From contig JAZLKF010000008.1 of the NCBI GenBank assembly GCA_045597525.1, forward strand, positions 16,201 through 80,200: a stretch of DNA of 64,000 nucleotides, read 5' to 3'. Position numbers and translations under genes: made by a program. The notes below the pieces were generated by a model that searched no databases, had not been told where the DNA came from, and saw only the letters and a program-made list of their open reading frames with translations. The stretch is from Fibrobacter sp. (lineage in GTDB: Bacteria; Fibrobacterota; Fibrobacteria; Fibrobacterales; Fibrobacteraceae). Position 1 is the stretch's first letter. Every line of letters begins with the position of its first letter. Of the stretch, positions 1 through 8,935 are shown piece by piece.

Positions 1-2
1 AT

Positions 3-920
3 CTCGAGCATAACCTTTCTTGTTTGTCGGATCAATTAGTGGTTGTTTTTAAGAACCTCAAGAAATCAGGGCTGAATGATGTAAGGTCATTGATTAGTCG
101 CTACTATGGTGGTGTCTATTTTTCCTACAAACAAGCTGTTGATATTGATATTATTCTGGAGAATATTCACAGATTAGTTTCAGAAGAGAATCGTGATTTG
201 TTCCTTGCAGCTCTATTAAGTACTGCAAGTGATGTTGTTGATACAGTAGGAAAGCATTTTGCACAGCCAATTAAGGCAAGAGATTCCAAAGGTAAAATAA
301 AGATAACTGTTTACAACAAGGCTGTAAAAGACAAGACTATTGATGTTATTGTACTCTATCGCGAATGGTTGCTAAAGTATAAAAAACTGTCTAAGAGTAA
401 TTTTCAGCACATTACGATGCAGGGTGACTTCGAACAATGTTTAAGGACGCTTCCTGACAACGTGAGAACTGTCTATGCAGATCCTCCATACACTCGTGAC
501 CATTATAGTCGCTACTACCATGTTCTGGAAACGTTGACCCTTCGAGACACTCCAAAGATTTCGACAGTGACAATACATGGTTCAACTCATGTGAGCAATG
601 GCATCTATCGAGAAGACCGTCATCAATCGCCTTTCTGCATCAAGAGTAAAGCCCCTGAAGCATTCCGTAAGATGTTTGAACTCACGGCTTCGACAGGTAG
701 AAACCTGTTGTTTTCATATTCTCCATACGATGAAACTAAAAAAACTCATCCTCGTGTAGTGACTATGCAGCAACTTATTGCACTCGCAGAGGAATACTTT
801 GATAAAGTCGAGACTGTCTCTGCTGGTAGTTTCAAGCATAATAAGCTAAACTCAACAGAGCATTTCCTTGAAGCCTCCGATGAGGCGGAACTGTTGATAG
901 TATGCACTAATAACGAATAA
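3..920 (+). CDS. N6-adenine DNA methyltransferase (Dam/D12-like), 5' end cut by the window edge
   Basis: Frame is open from nt 3 with no upstream stop. Motif IV is VYADPPYTRDHYSRYY, with no FxGxG downstream, so the SAM motif should lie upstream of the window. AT-rich compared with core genes. Confidence 0.6.
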   Translation, partial: LEHNLSCLSDQLVVVFKNLKKSGLNDVRSLISRYYGGVYFSYKQAVDIDIILENIHRLVSEENRDLFLAALLSTASDVVDTVGKHFAQPIKARDSKGKIKITVYNKAVKDKTIDVIVLYREWLLKYKKLSKSNFQHITMQGDFEQCLRTLPDNVRTVYADPPYTRDHYSRYYHVLETLTLRDTPKISTVTIHGSTHVSNGIYREDRHQSPFCIKSKAPEAFRKMFELTASTGRNLLFSYSPYDETKKTHPRVVTMQQLIALAEEYFDKVETVSAGSFKHNKLNSTEHFLEASDEAELLIVCTNNE

Positions 921-933
921 TCCGTAAGATTCA

Positions 934-2622
934 ATGCAGTTAAAAGACAACATAAAATTCTCCATTGACACTCAGATGTCTGTAGGCGGTGAGGATTGCA
1001 AGAACATCCTGATAAAGGGTGACAATAAAACAATTCTACCAGAATTGGTATCTGTGTACGGAGGTAAAATAAAGTGCATTTACATAGACCCTCCTTACAA
1101 CAACGGAGATTCCTATCATTACTACAATGACAATACAACTACGTCTGCCTGGCTCAAAGACATGCGTAGTGTTTTGTCATGGCTTAAGATGCTGCTAAAA
1201 AAAGATGGTAGCATTTGGATTTCCATTGATGATAAGGAAATGGCTTATCTTAAAGTGGAGGCAGATAGAATTTTCGGACGCGAGAATTTTGCGAGCACTA
1301 TTGTTTGGCAACAAAGAAAGACACGTGAGAATCGTGCAGTATTCTCTTGCAATCACGAGTATGTGCTTGTTTATGCCAAAGACATAAAGGCTTTTAAGAA
1401 GTCACGCAATCTTCTTCCGGTTGGTGAAGATTTTGTTGATAGCAAATACAAGAATCCGGATAATGACCCACGAGGTCCTTGGCAGTCAGTATCAGCCAGC
1501 GTTCAAGCAGGTCATGCAGTAGCAAGTCAATTCTACACAATCACATCCCCTGCAGGTATAGAGTTCAGCCCGCCAAAGGGTCGTTGTTGGGCTTACAATC
1601 AAAAGCGTATGCTTCGTGAGATAGCACAAAACAACATTTGGTTTGGTTTAGAAGGAAGAAATGTCCCACGTATCAAAAAATTCCTAGCTAGCGCAAAAAT
1701 AGGTTTGACACCAGAAACCCTTTGGTCAGGCGACAACTATGGTTCCACAGATAGTGCTAAAAAGCATTTACTCTCTTTATTTCCTGAAATGGAAAATGTA
1801 TTCGACACTCCAAAACCAGAAGAATTGATAAAGCAAATTATTGAAATCGCAAGTAACAAAGGCGAATACGTACTTGATTGTTACATAGGTTCAGGTACAA
1901 CCATGGCAACTGCACATAAACTCAGCAGAAACTATATTGGAATTGAAATTGGTAAACAGATGGCTGATTTAGTTGTCAAGCGCATGAACCTCGTAATCAA
2001 CGGTGAACGCGGAGGGATTTCTACCATTATCAATTGGAATGGCGGTGGGGAATTCGCGTTCTTCAACTTTGACAAGAATAAAGTTGAAGAAAGGAAAATA
2101 AAAGTTGAACAGATATCTCACATGCAGCCAGTTGAATACCATCAACTTGACCTCTTCAATCTCTTTGAACAATACGGAGAAAAACCTTTGGTTGAGAACA
2201 ACATGGTTCGCGAAAACATTGGGATCAAATACAGCACGAAACATAATCGTCATAAATTGCCTATCGACCTCACAAAGAATCTCCTTATCTGCAACGTGAA
2301 GAAGGACAATTGGGAGCAGTATCTCAATGGCACTGCAAAAATTTACTACACAGGTAAAAAGTTCCCGACTACTGTAGCGCTCAACAAGCTCTACTACTTC
2401 ATGCCGTACCTCTCTGGCAAGGGCATCCGCGACCTCTATTACATCAAAGTAGCTCGTCTTGGCTACCGCAAGGAAGGTCAAGCGAATGGGGACAAGAATG
2501 ATCTCCGCTTAGTTTTCGAGATTGAACGAGTCGGACAACTCTTCGATGACTACAAGAAAATAGAACTTGAAATTTGGCACACATTTACAGATACTACAAT
2601 AAAAAAGATTACAAACATGTAA
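934..2622 (+). CDS. N6A/N4C DNA methyltransferase (beta-class motif order) with a C-terminal extension of about 180 aa of unknown function
   Basis: IYIDPPYNNG (motif IV) precedes VLDCYIGSGTTMATA (motif I). Starts 14 nt after the previous methylase. The C-terminal third (from about nt 2080) has no motif I recognise. Confidence 0.7.
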   Translation: MQLKDNIKFSIDTQMSVGGEDCKNILIKGDNKTILPELVSVYGGKIKCIYIDPPYNNGDSYHYYNDNTTTSAWLKDMRSVLSWLKMLLKKDGSIWISIDDKEMAYLKVEADRIFGRENFASTIVWQQRKTRENRAVFSCNHEYVLVYAKDIKAFKKSRNLLPVGEDFVDSKYKNPDNDPRGPWQSVSASVQAGHAVASQFYTITSPAGIEFSPPKGRCWAYNQKRMLREIAQNNIWFGLEGRNVPRIKKFLASAKIGLTPETLWSGDNYGSTDSAKKHLLSLFPEMENVFDTPKPEELIKQIIEIASNKGEYVLDCYIGSGTTMATAHKLSRNYIGIEIGKQMADLVVKRMNLVINGERGGISTIINWNGGGEFAFFNFDKNKVEERKIKVEQISHMQPVEYHQLDLFNLFEQYGEKPLVENNMVRENIGIKYSTKHNRHKLPIDLTKNLLICNVKKDNWEQYLNGTAKIYYTGKKFPTTVALNKLYYFMPYLSGKGIRDLYYIKVARLGYRKEGQANGDKNDLRLVFEIERVGQLFDDYKKIELEIWHTFTDTTIKKITNM

Positions 2623-2664
2623 TGACTGAAATCGACTCCCCAAAACTTCTGGAGGTGTACACTT

Positions 2665-2856
2665 ATGAATGGATTTAAAATGCCTGCGGTAATTTTAGCA
2701 GATTCCATGGAAGAGTACATGGCTACGCCTGATCCATACAAGAGCGCTCCCGAAAGCAAAGTGAACATTCTTGAACTGGGACGCTACATGAGACGAACTG
2801 GCAAGACAATTCACGACATGACAGCGGAAGAAATCCTCCAATTTAAGGTCGGCTAG
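2665..2856 (+). CDS. small hypothetical protein (63 aa)
   Basis: ORF only. Follows the methylase pair and precedes a terminator. No recognisable motif. Confidence 0.25.
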   Translation: MNGFKMPAVILADSMEEYMATPDPYKSAPESKVNILELGRYMRRTGKTIHDMTAEEILQFKVG

Positions 2857-2892
2857 TTTCGCGTTATTTTTCCAGCTATCAAAATAGAGATT

Positions 2893-2923
2893 AAAAAAGC
2901 CTCCCTCAAGGGGAGGCTTCTTT
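2893..2923. terminator. bidirectional rho-independent terminator
   Basis: aaaaaaGCCTCCCtcaagGGGAGGCttcttt hairpin flanked by an A-run and a T-run, between convergent genes. Confidence 0.7.
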
Positions 2924-2940
2924 AACGAACAATCGTAAAC

Positions 2941-3588
2941 TTAGCGAAGACCTTTCTTCTTGTAGTAGTACAGTTTCAGCTGGCCTATGGTCTGATCTTC
3001 TGTGGATTCCACCTTGATATCGGTTGCAAAGAACGGATAGATTTCATTGTCGCTATCCTTTGCAATGTACCAAGTTCCATCGGCTGCACCGAACATAGAG
3101 CTGCTAATTTCCGTATCTTCGTTGATTTCGAACATGCTCTTGCATACGGGAGTTTCTGCCGGCAGAGTGCCAGGTTCCAAACCGGTGCTTAAGTCGGCTT
3201 CGTAGACAGAAAGAAGCATGCTCCTTTCAAACATAACGGTATCGACATCAACGCGAAGCTCCAGGTGCTTGGGAATTTCGCCACCAGTCTTGAGGCTAAT
3301 TGACTGCTGCGTTTCAGAGTTGATATCATTGGTCAGGATTGCAGAATCCAGCACCATTTCAATGCAGCGTGAAGAGGAAGAATTTTCGACGGAAGAGGAC
3401 GACTTGGCAGAGGAAGAAGACCCCGGTTCGGTCGATTCGTCGGCATCATCTTTTTGGTCATCGTCCTTTTGGATGTCTTCGGAAGTTTCATCGCCATCGG
3501 CACCAGAAGAACTATCGTCACCACAGGCGATAAGACCGAAGCCTGCCGCAAAAATGGCGGACCCAAGGAGAATTTTTTTGAAGTTCAT
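2941..3588 (-). CDS. secreted lipoprotein, acidic Ser/Asp-rich linker, function unknown
   Basis: Start moved to the internal ATG at 3588 (MNFKKILLGSAIFAAGFGLIAC, a signal peptide plus lipobox) with aaggaa upstream. Confidence 0.6.
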   Translation of the reverse strand: MNFKKILLGSAIFAAGFGLIACGDDSSSGADGDETSEDIQKDDDQKDDADESTEPGSSSSAKSSSSVENSSSSRCIEMVLDSAILTNDINSETQQSISLKTGGEIPKHLELRVDVDTVMFERSMLLSVYEADLSTGLEPGTLPAETPVCKSMFEINEDTEISSSMFGAADGTWYIAKDSDNEIYPFFATDIKVESTEDQTIGQLKLYYYKKKGLR

Positions 3589-3845
3589 ACAGTATTCCTT
3601 TTTTATGCGCACAATTATTTTTTGCACTCAACTGTGCGTTCTAGAAATATTCAAAAAATTGGCGAATTGCCCACGGCCATATTCGAAATAAGCAAAAAAA
3701 CGTATTGTACCAGTTTCTTTTAAGCAATCCCACCTTATGGATATTTTATCCATAAAACGTATTTTGCCTTCTATATAAATTATTCCAACTGGAAATAGTT
3801 TTAGCCATGGTGTTATGGAAATTATTCCATATTGAGGATGGTTAT

Positions 3846-5732
3846 ATGAAAAAGTCTCTTTCCAGTTTTGCTGCTGGCCTTGCTCTGGCAGCTTCCTGTG
3901 CCGTACCGGCTGTTGCTGGCCCAGGCATTGCCGATGGTGCCGCAAAGTTTATCGGTAACATTACCCAGTCCAACACAGCTCCCGGTCCTAACGACCAGTT
4001 TACTCAGCTGTGGAACCAGGCTACCGCCGAAAACGGCTGTAAGTGGGGCTCCATCGAAGGCACCCGTGGCAAGTTCAACTGGGCGGGTTGCGACGCTGCC
4101 TACAACTGGGCAAAAAACAATGGTGGTCATTTCAAGTTCCACGCCCTCCTTTGGGGCGGTCAGTACCCCGGTTGGCTGGAAAGTTTGAGCGTTGACGAAA
4201 CCAAGAAGGCTATTACCACCTGGTTTGACGCTGTCAAGGCCCATTATCCCGATATCGAAATGATCGACGTGGCCAACGAAGCAATTCGTACTGGCAATGG
4301 TCAATATCATTCCGGTTATACCAGAACCAAGATTATCCCTGCACTGGGTGGCGACAACAACGGCGATTACGCATTCTTGACTACCGCTTTCAAGATGGCC
4401 CGTGAACGCTGGCCCAAGGCAATCCTTATTTATAACGACTATAACACCATCCAGTGGCATGTCGACCAGGGCATCAACCTGATCAACACCATCCGAAAGA
4501 ATGGCGCTCCGGTTGACGCATACGGCCTCCAGGCTCACGACTTGATGAGTACCGGCGGTGGCTACAACGGTACCGGTGGTGGCGGCGTCTGCATGAACTA
4601 CAATTCCTTTGTTTCTACCATGCAGAAGATTCACAAGGAAACCAACAACTTCCCGATTCTTATCTCTGAATACGACGTTCCGTCTACTGACGACGGCATC
4701 CAGAAACAGTGCTACTCCGAACAGGTGAAGTACTGGATGGAAGACCCCTATGTCGCAGGCATCACCATTTGGGGTTACATCTATGGTCGTACATGGCTTG
4801 ACTGTAACGGCACAGCAAGCGGCTGCTCCGGTCTCGTCAGAAATGGCCAGGATCGTCCGGCATTGACTTGGATGAAGGAATATCTTAAAAACAACAAGGG
4901 CGTAAATGCAACTGGCCTTGCTACCGGCATTACCGCTGAACCGGAACCGCAGACTCCGTTCAAGGGCACACCTCTTGCAATTCCTGGCACCATCCAGATG
5001 GAAGACTTCGATATTCCGGGCGTTGGTTCCGGCAATGACTCCTACGGCGACGCTGATTTCGAAAATCACGGCGATAGCGACTACCGTAAGGATACCGGCG
5101 TCGACCTTTACAAGAAATCCAACAATCGCATTGTGGTTGGCTACAACAACGAAGGCGACTGGCTGGAATACACTGTGAACGTTGCAGAAACCGGTACATA
5201 CACCGTTTATGCCGCCGTTGCAGCCGCAGGTTCCACCTCCAGCTTCCAGCTCTCCATGGACGGCAAGGCTATCTCCGAAAAGATTGCCGTTCCAGCAGCA
5301 GCATCTGGTGAAGATAACTACGACGATTACAACAAGGTTGCCTTTGATGTGAACCTCACCCAGGGCAAGCATATCCTGCGCTTCACTGTCACTGGCGCTT
5401 GGCTTGACATTGACTACATGAACATCGTGGCCAAGGGCGAAGCCGACCCGAATCCGATTGAAAAGTCTTCTTCCAGCACCGCACCGGTTGCCGGTGAATC
5501 TAGCTCCTCCGTAACTCAGGCTCTCAACCAGAATATCCAACTGGAATTCGAAACCCGTCAGGACTTCGACATATTCGACATGCAGGGTACTTTCATGGGC
5601 CGCATCGGAGCCTACAGCTTCGGACAGGCAATCTCCTTCATCAAGGATAGCGACGTCAAGTTTGCAAAGGGCGTTTACTACCTCCGTTGCAAGAGCACCA
5701 AGCAGATGATGACTTTCAGCCTCACCGAATAA
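3846..5732 (+). CDS. GH10 endo-1,4-beta-xylanase with a CBM6-like module and a T9SS-type C-terminal sorting domain
   Basis: Signal peptide MKKSLSSFAAGLALAASCAVPAVA. GH10 motifs IDVANEA and ISEYDV. CBM6-like block GTIQMEDFDIPG...GDWLEYTVNV. Ser-rich linker. C-terminal FDIFDMQG...GVYYLRCK tail. Confidence 0.8.
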   Translation: MKKSLSSFAAGLALAASCAVPAVAGPGIADGAAKFIGNITQSNTAPGPNDQFTQLWNQATAENGCKWGSIEGTRGKFNWAGCDAAYNWAKNNGGHFKFHALLWGGQYPGWLESLSVDETKKAITTWFDAVKAHYPDIEMIDVANEAIRTGNGQYHSGYTRTKIIPALGGDNNGDYAFLTTAFKMARERWPKAILIYNDYNTIQWHVDQGINLINTIRKNGAPVDAYGLQAHDLMSTGGGYNGTGGGGVCMNYNSFVSTMQKIHKETNNFPILISEYDVPSTDDGIQKQCYSEQVKYWMEDPYVAGITIWGYIYGRTWLDCNGTASGCSGLVRNGQDRPALTWMKEYLKNNKGVNATGLATGITAEPEPQTPFKGTPLAIPGTIQMEDFDIPGVGSGNDSYGDADFENHGDSDYRKDTGVDLYKKSNNRIVVGYNNEGDWLEYTVNVAETGTYTVYAAVAAAGSTSSFQLSMDGKAISEKIAVPAAASGEDNYDDYNKVAFDVNLTQGKHILRFTVTGAWLDIDYMNIVAKGEADPNPIEKSSSSTAPVAGESSSSVTQALNQNIQLEFETRQDFDIFDMQGTFMGRIGAYSFGQAISFIKDSDVKFAKGVYYLRCKSTKQMMTFSLTE

Positions 5733-5760
5733 CACGAAATTAAAACACACCCAAAACAAG

Positions 5761-5791
5761 GCTCCCGGACTTTTCTCCGAGGGCTTTTTTT
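5761..5791 (+). terminator. rho-independent terminator after the xylanase
   Basis: GCTCCCGGActtttcTCCGAGGGC followed by a T7 run. Confidence 0.6.
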
Positions 5792-5847
5792 GTCAGCTAA
5801 TCATTTCCTTGAATAAACTTTGTTCTAGAATGAACTAATTTTTATTC

Positions 5848-7203
5848 ATGCCTAAACGTACTGGTGTAGCGGACTTGCCTTTGCATACGGGGACTGTTCC
5901 CCGTTGGCTTGCAGACCGTATGCGTGATTTGGGCAGACTCATTGCCGAATCCATTGTGGAAAATTACGGCAAGAGGGAATTCCTGGTTCGTTTAAGCGAC
6001 CCACTGTGGTTTCAGTCCTTCGGAGCGGTCATGGGCATGGACTGGCATTCTTCGGGAATTACCACCAGCGTGATGTATGCCCTGAAGCGTGGGCTGAACC
6101 CAATTGCCAGGGATCTTGGGATTTATGTGTGCGGCGGCCGCGGAAAATTCTCACGGGAAACGCCAAACGAATTGCTGCAGATTGCGGACAAGACCGGCGT
6201 GGATGGGTATTACCTGAAGCGCACCAGCTGCCTTTGCGCCAAGGTAGACAACACTGCCGTTCAGGACGGTTTCCAGCTTTACCAGCATAATTTTATCGTG
6301 ACGGATGAGGGCGACTGGGCGGTGGTTCAGCAGGGCATGAATACGGACGCCCGGGCTGCACGACGTTACCACTGGTGTTCCTCCAGTTTGCGGTCTTTTG
6401 TGGAAGAGCCCCACGCCGGCGTGGTGGGCGAAAACCGCGGGCAGATTCTGAACCTGACTCATCAGGATGCAGGCGTGACCCGCAATTCCATTCTGGAGTT
6501 GACTCACGAAAATCCCGACAGGATGATGCGGGAAATTCAGCAGATTGTAGCGCCAAATTCTTCTGTCATTATTTCGCCCCAAATGGATTTGTTCGCCCCG
6601 CCGGAAACCGCACAGGATTTCTCAAGCAGTTCGCTGGTTGGTTCCGCCCACGATTCCGGCAGTATGATTATCGGGCCCGACGGTACTCCCGTGCGAATCG
6701 GCTCCCGCGATCCTATCGTTGCAAATTCTTCCCGCGACTGCATTATGCCTAGCCGTCACGAAGTCCGCGCAGAAGACGTCGACTTAAAGCGCCTCGGTGG
6801 CGTTCTTGCCACCGCCTACGAATCCGACCCCAAGGATTTTGAAAGCCTCTTGCTTACGCCAGGACTTGGCCCCCGCACGTTGCAGTCACTGACACTCGTT
6901 AGCGAAGTCATCAACGGAACGCCTTCCCGCTTTAGGGACCCTGCCCGCTATTCCTTCGCCCACGGCGGAAAGGATGGTCACCCCTTCCCTGTTCCCACCC
7001 GCGTCTACGACGAATCCATCCGGGTTCTGCAAGGCGCCATCGAACACGCCAAAATCGGCGACCGCGAAAAGATGGATTGCCTCAACCGCCTTCACGCCAC
7101 CCAGCTTGCCATCGAAAAAGACTGCGAACCCCTCGCCGACTTTGATAAAACCCTGGAACATGAAAAAGCCCACTCGCAGGAGTGGGGCGGAAGAACCGTC
7201 TAA
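5848..7203 (+). CDS. DUF763-family protein
   Basis: The N-terminus GVADLPLHTGTVPRWLADRM...DPLWFQSFGAVMGMDWHSSGITT matches my memory of the DUF763 family signature. Not verified. Confidence 0.55.
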   Translation: MPKRTGVADLPLHTGTVPRWLADRMRDLGRLIAESIVENYGKREFLVRLSDPLWFQSFGAVMGMDWHSSGITTSVMYALKRGLNPIARDLGIYVCGGRGKFSRETPNELLQIADKTGVDGYYLKRTSCLCAKVDNTAVQDGFQLYQHNFIVTDEGDWAVVQQGMNTDARAARRYHWCSSSLRSFVEEPHAGVVGENRGQILNLTHQDAGVTRNSILELTHENPDRMMREIQQIVAPNSSVIISPQMDLFAPPETAQDFSSSSLVGSAHDSGSMIIGPDGTPVRIGSRDPIVANSSRDCIMPSRHEVRAEDVDLKRLGGVLATAYESDPKDFESLLLTPGLGPRTLQSLTLVSEVINGTPSRFRDPARYSFAHGGKDGHPFPVPTRVYDESIRVLQGAIEHAKIGDREKMDCLNRLHATQLAIEKDCEPLADFDKTLEHEKAHSQEWGGRTV

Positions 7204-7212
7204 TTTTCCATC

Positions 7213-7250
7213 AAAAAAAAGACTCGCCTACTAACAAGCGAGTTTTTTTT
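7213..7250. terminator. bidirectional terminator between DUF763 and pta
   Basis: A8 - gACTCGCctactaacaaGCGAGT - T8. Confidence 0.7.
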
Positions 7251-7269
7251 GCATTAGCCAAACTAGCTT

Positions 7270-8667
7270 TTAAGCTTGAGCCTGAACAGCAGTCAATGCG
7301 ATGGTGTAGACGATGTCTTCCACCAAGGCACCACGGCTCAAGTCGTTCACCGGCTTAGCCAAACCCTGGAGCATGGGGCCGATAGCGATGGTGCCCTGGG
7401 CGGAACGCTGTACAGCCTTGTAGCCGATGTTACCGGCAGAAAGATCCGGGAACACGAACACGGTTGCCTTGCCAGCCACTGCGCTGTTGGGAGCCTTCAG
7501 GCTGCCTACGCTGGGAGTGGTAGCGGCGTCGTACTGCAGCGGGCCATCCAGAGCCATATCGGGGCGTGCAGCCTTAGCAATAGCAGTAGCTTCCTTCACG
7601 AGATCTGCGTCGGGGCCCTTGCCGGAATTGATGGTGCTGTAGGAAAGCATGGCGACGCGGCTGGGCAGGCCAAATGCCTTGGCGGTGTCGTCGCACTGGA
7701 GGGCGATACCTGCAAGTTCTTCGGCAGTGGGGTTCAGGTTGATGGCGCAGTCGCCGTAGACGTAAGTCTGACCAGGCAGGCACATGAAGAACACAGAGCT
7801 GACGGACTTGACACTAGGAGCGCACTTGATGATCTGGAGAGCCGGACGGAGAGTGTCTGCAGTAGAATGGATGGCGCCGGAAACGAGACCGTCCACTTCA
7901 CCCATCTTAAGCATCATGGTGCCGAGGGTTACATTGTCGGCGAGGGCTGCGCGGGCCTGTTCTTCGGTCATGCCCTTGGACTTACGAAGTTCCACCAGAG
8001 TGGGAACATACTTTTCAGCAAGTTCTGCGCTGGGTTCGATAATCTCGATGTTTGCAGGAAGAGTAACGCCCTGTTCCTTGGCCACTGCTTCAATTTCAGC
8101 CTTCTTGCCGATGAGGACAGGAACAGCGATACCGCGTTCGATGGTGAGGGCGGCAGCCTTCACGGTGCGGGGTTCTGAACCTTCAGGGAGCACGATGCGC
8201 TTTACAGCCTTGGATGCCTTCTGGAGAAGGCCTGCGCGGAACATGGCCTGGGAGGTCTTACGTTCGGCAGCGGGAGCAGCCATATCGCGGGCAATGCACT
8301 TGGGGCAACGCAACAAGCGGCTGGGGCAGAACAAATCTGCATCTTCGCCGTCAGCATAAATCTTTGCATCAAGAGCGGTGGCCAGCTTGTCATTGAACTT
8401 GTAGGCGACAGCTTCACTCATGCCAGAAGCACCTTCTACCACCACGGCGTCCACAGCGTCAAAATCCTGCTTCAAAAAATCGGCAGCGATTTTTTCCATA
8501 AGGACCGCACTTTCGCCAGATTTCAGCATGGCTACAGCATCTGCTGCAGAGACGGCAGAAAGGGAATTATAGACACAAGCCTTGAGACCTGCGGCGGAAG
8601 CTGCATCCAGCACTTCCTTGACTCTGCCTTCCATATTGGCAGAAACCACCAGATAAACACGATTCAT
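7270..8667 (-). CDS. pta: phosphate acetyltransferase (long form with an N-terminal regulatory domain)
   Basis: [23 protein letters not shown] and the PTA_PTB core. ATG at 8667 with ggag upstream. The track start at 8673 is a TTG. Confidence 0.85.
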   Translation of the reverse strand: MNRVYLVVSANMEGRVKEVLDAASAAGLKACVYNSLSAVSAADAVAMLKSGESAVLMEKIAADFLKQDFDAVDAVVVEGASGMSEAVAYKFNDKLATALDAKIYADGEDADLFCPSRLLRCPKCIARDMAAPAAERKTSQAMFRAGLLQKASKAVKRIVLPEGSEPRTVKAAALTIERGIAVPVLIGKKAEIEAVAKEQGVTLPANIEIIEPSAELAEKYVPTLVELRKSKGMTEEQARAALADNVTLGTMMLKMGEVDGLVSGAIHSTADTLRPALQIIKCAPSVKSVSSVFFMCLPGQTYVYGDCAINLNPTAEELAGIALQCDDTAKAFGLPSRVAMLSYSTINSGKGPDADLVKEATAIAKAARPDMALDGPLQYDAATTPSVGSLKAPNSAVAGKATVFVFPDLSAGNIGYKAVQRSAQGTIAIGPMLQGLAKPVNDLSRGALVEDIVYTIALTAVQAQA

Positions 8668-8935
8668 ATACAACTCCAGTTCGTGATTTTTTGCTTATTT
8701 CATGGAAAAATTAAGATATTCACCCCCCTTCTGGCACCCCAAATTCCCTCAAAAACCTTCTCAAATAGGCATTTTTTTGCGAAAAATGTGCATAACTCGT
8801 TGATTAATAGCAATTTACAACAAAAGTTTACAAAGCTTTAACCTTACCCCCCTTTTGGGAAATGTTAAAAAAAATTATTTTTGGCGTGGATTTTTTGGTT
8901 TTGTTTTGGTTTAGGGAAACCATAGGAGAGACAGG

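Noticed and set aside
3822-5759. 645-aa minus-strand ORF fully antisense to the xylanase gene. Similar long antisense ORFs: 7276-8178, 17297-18370, 19867-20871, 22121-23299, 35578-36885, 37929-38834, 39043-40554, 43684-44763, 47201-48208, 48218-48940, 52886-53854.
   Set aside because: Each overlaps a gene with clear family motifs on the other strand. Their translations are low-complexity (rich in G/A/V/H/R), with no RBS or motif. This is the typical stop-codon-poor antisense frame of GC3-biased genes.
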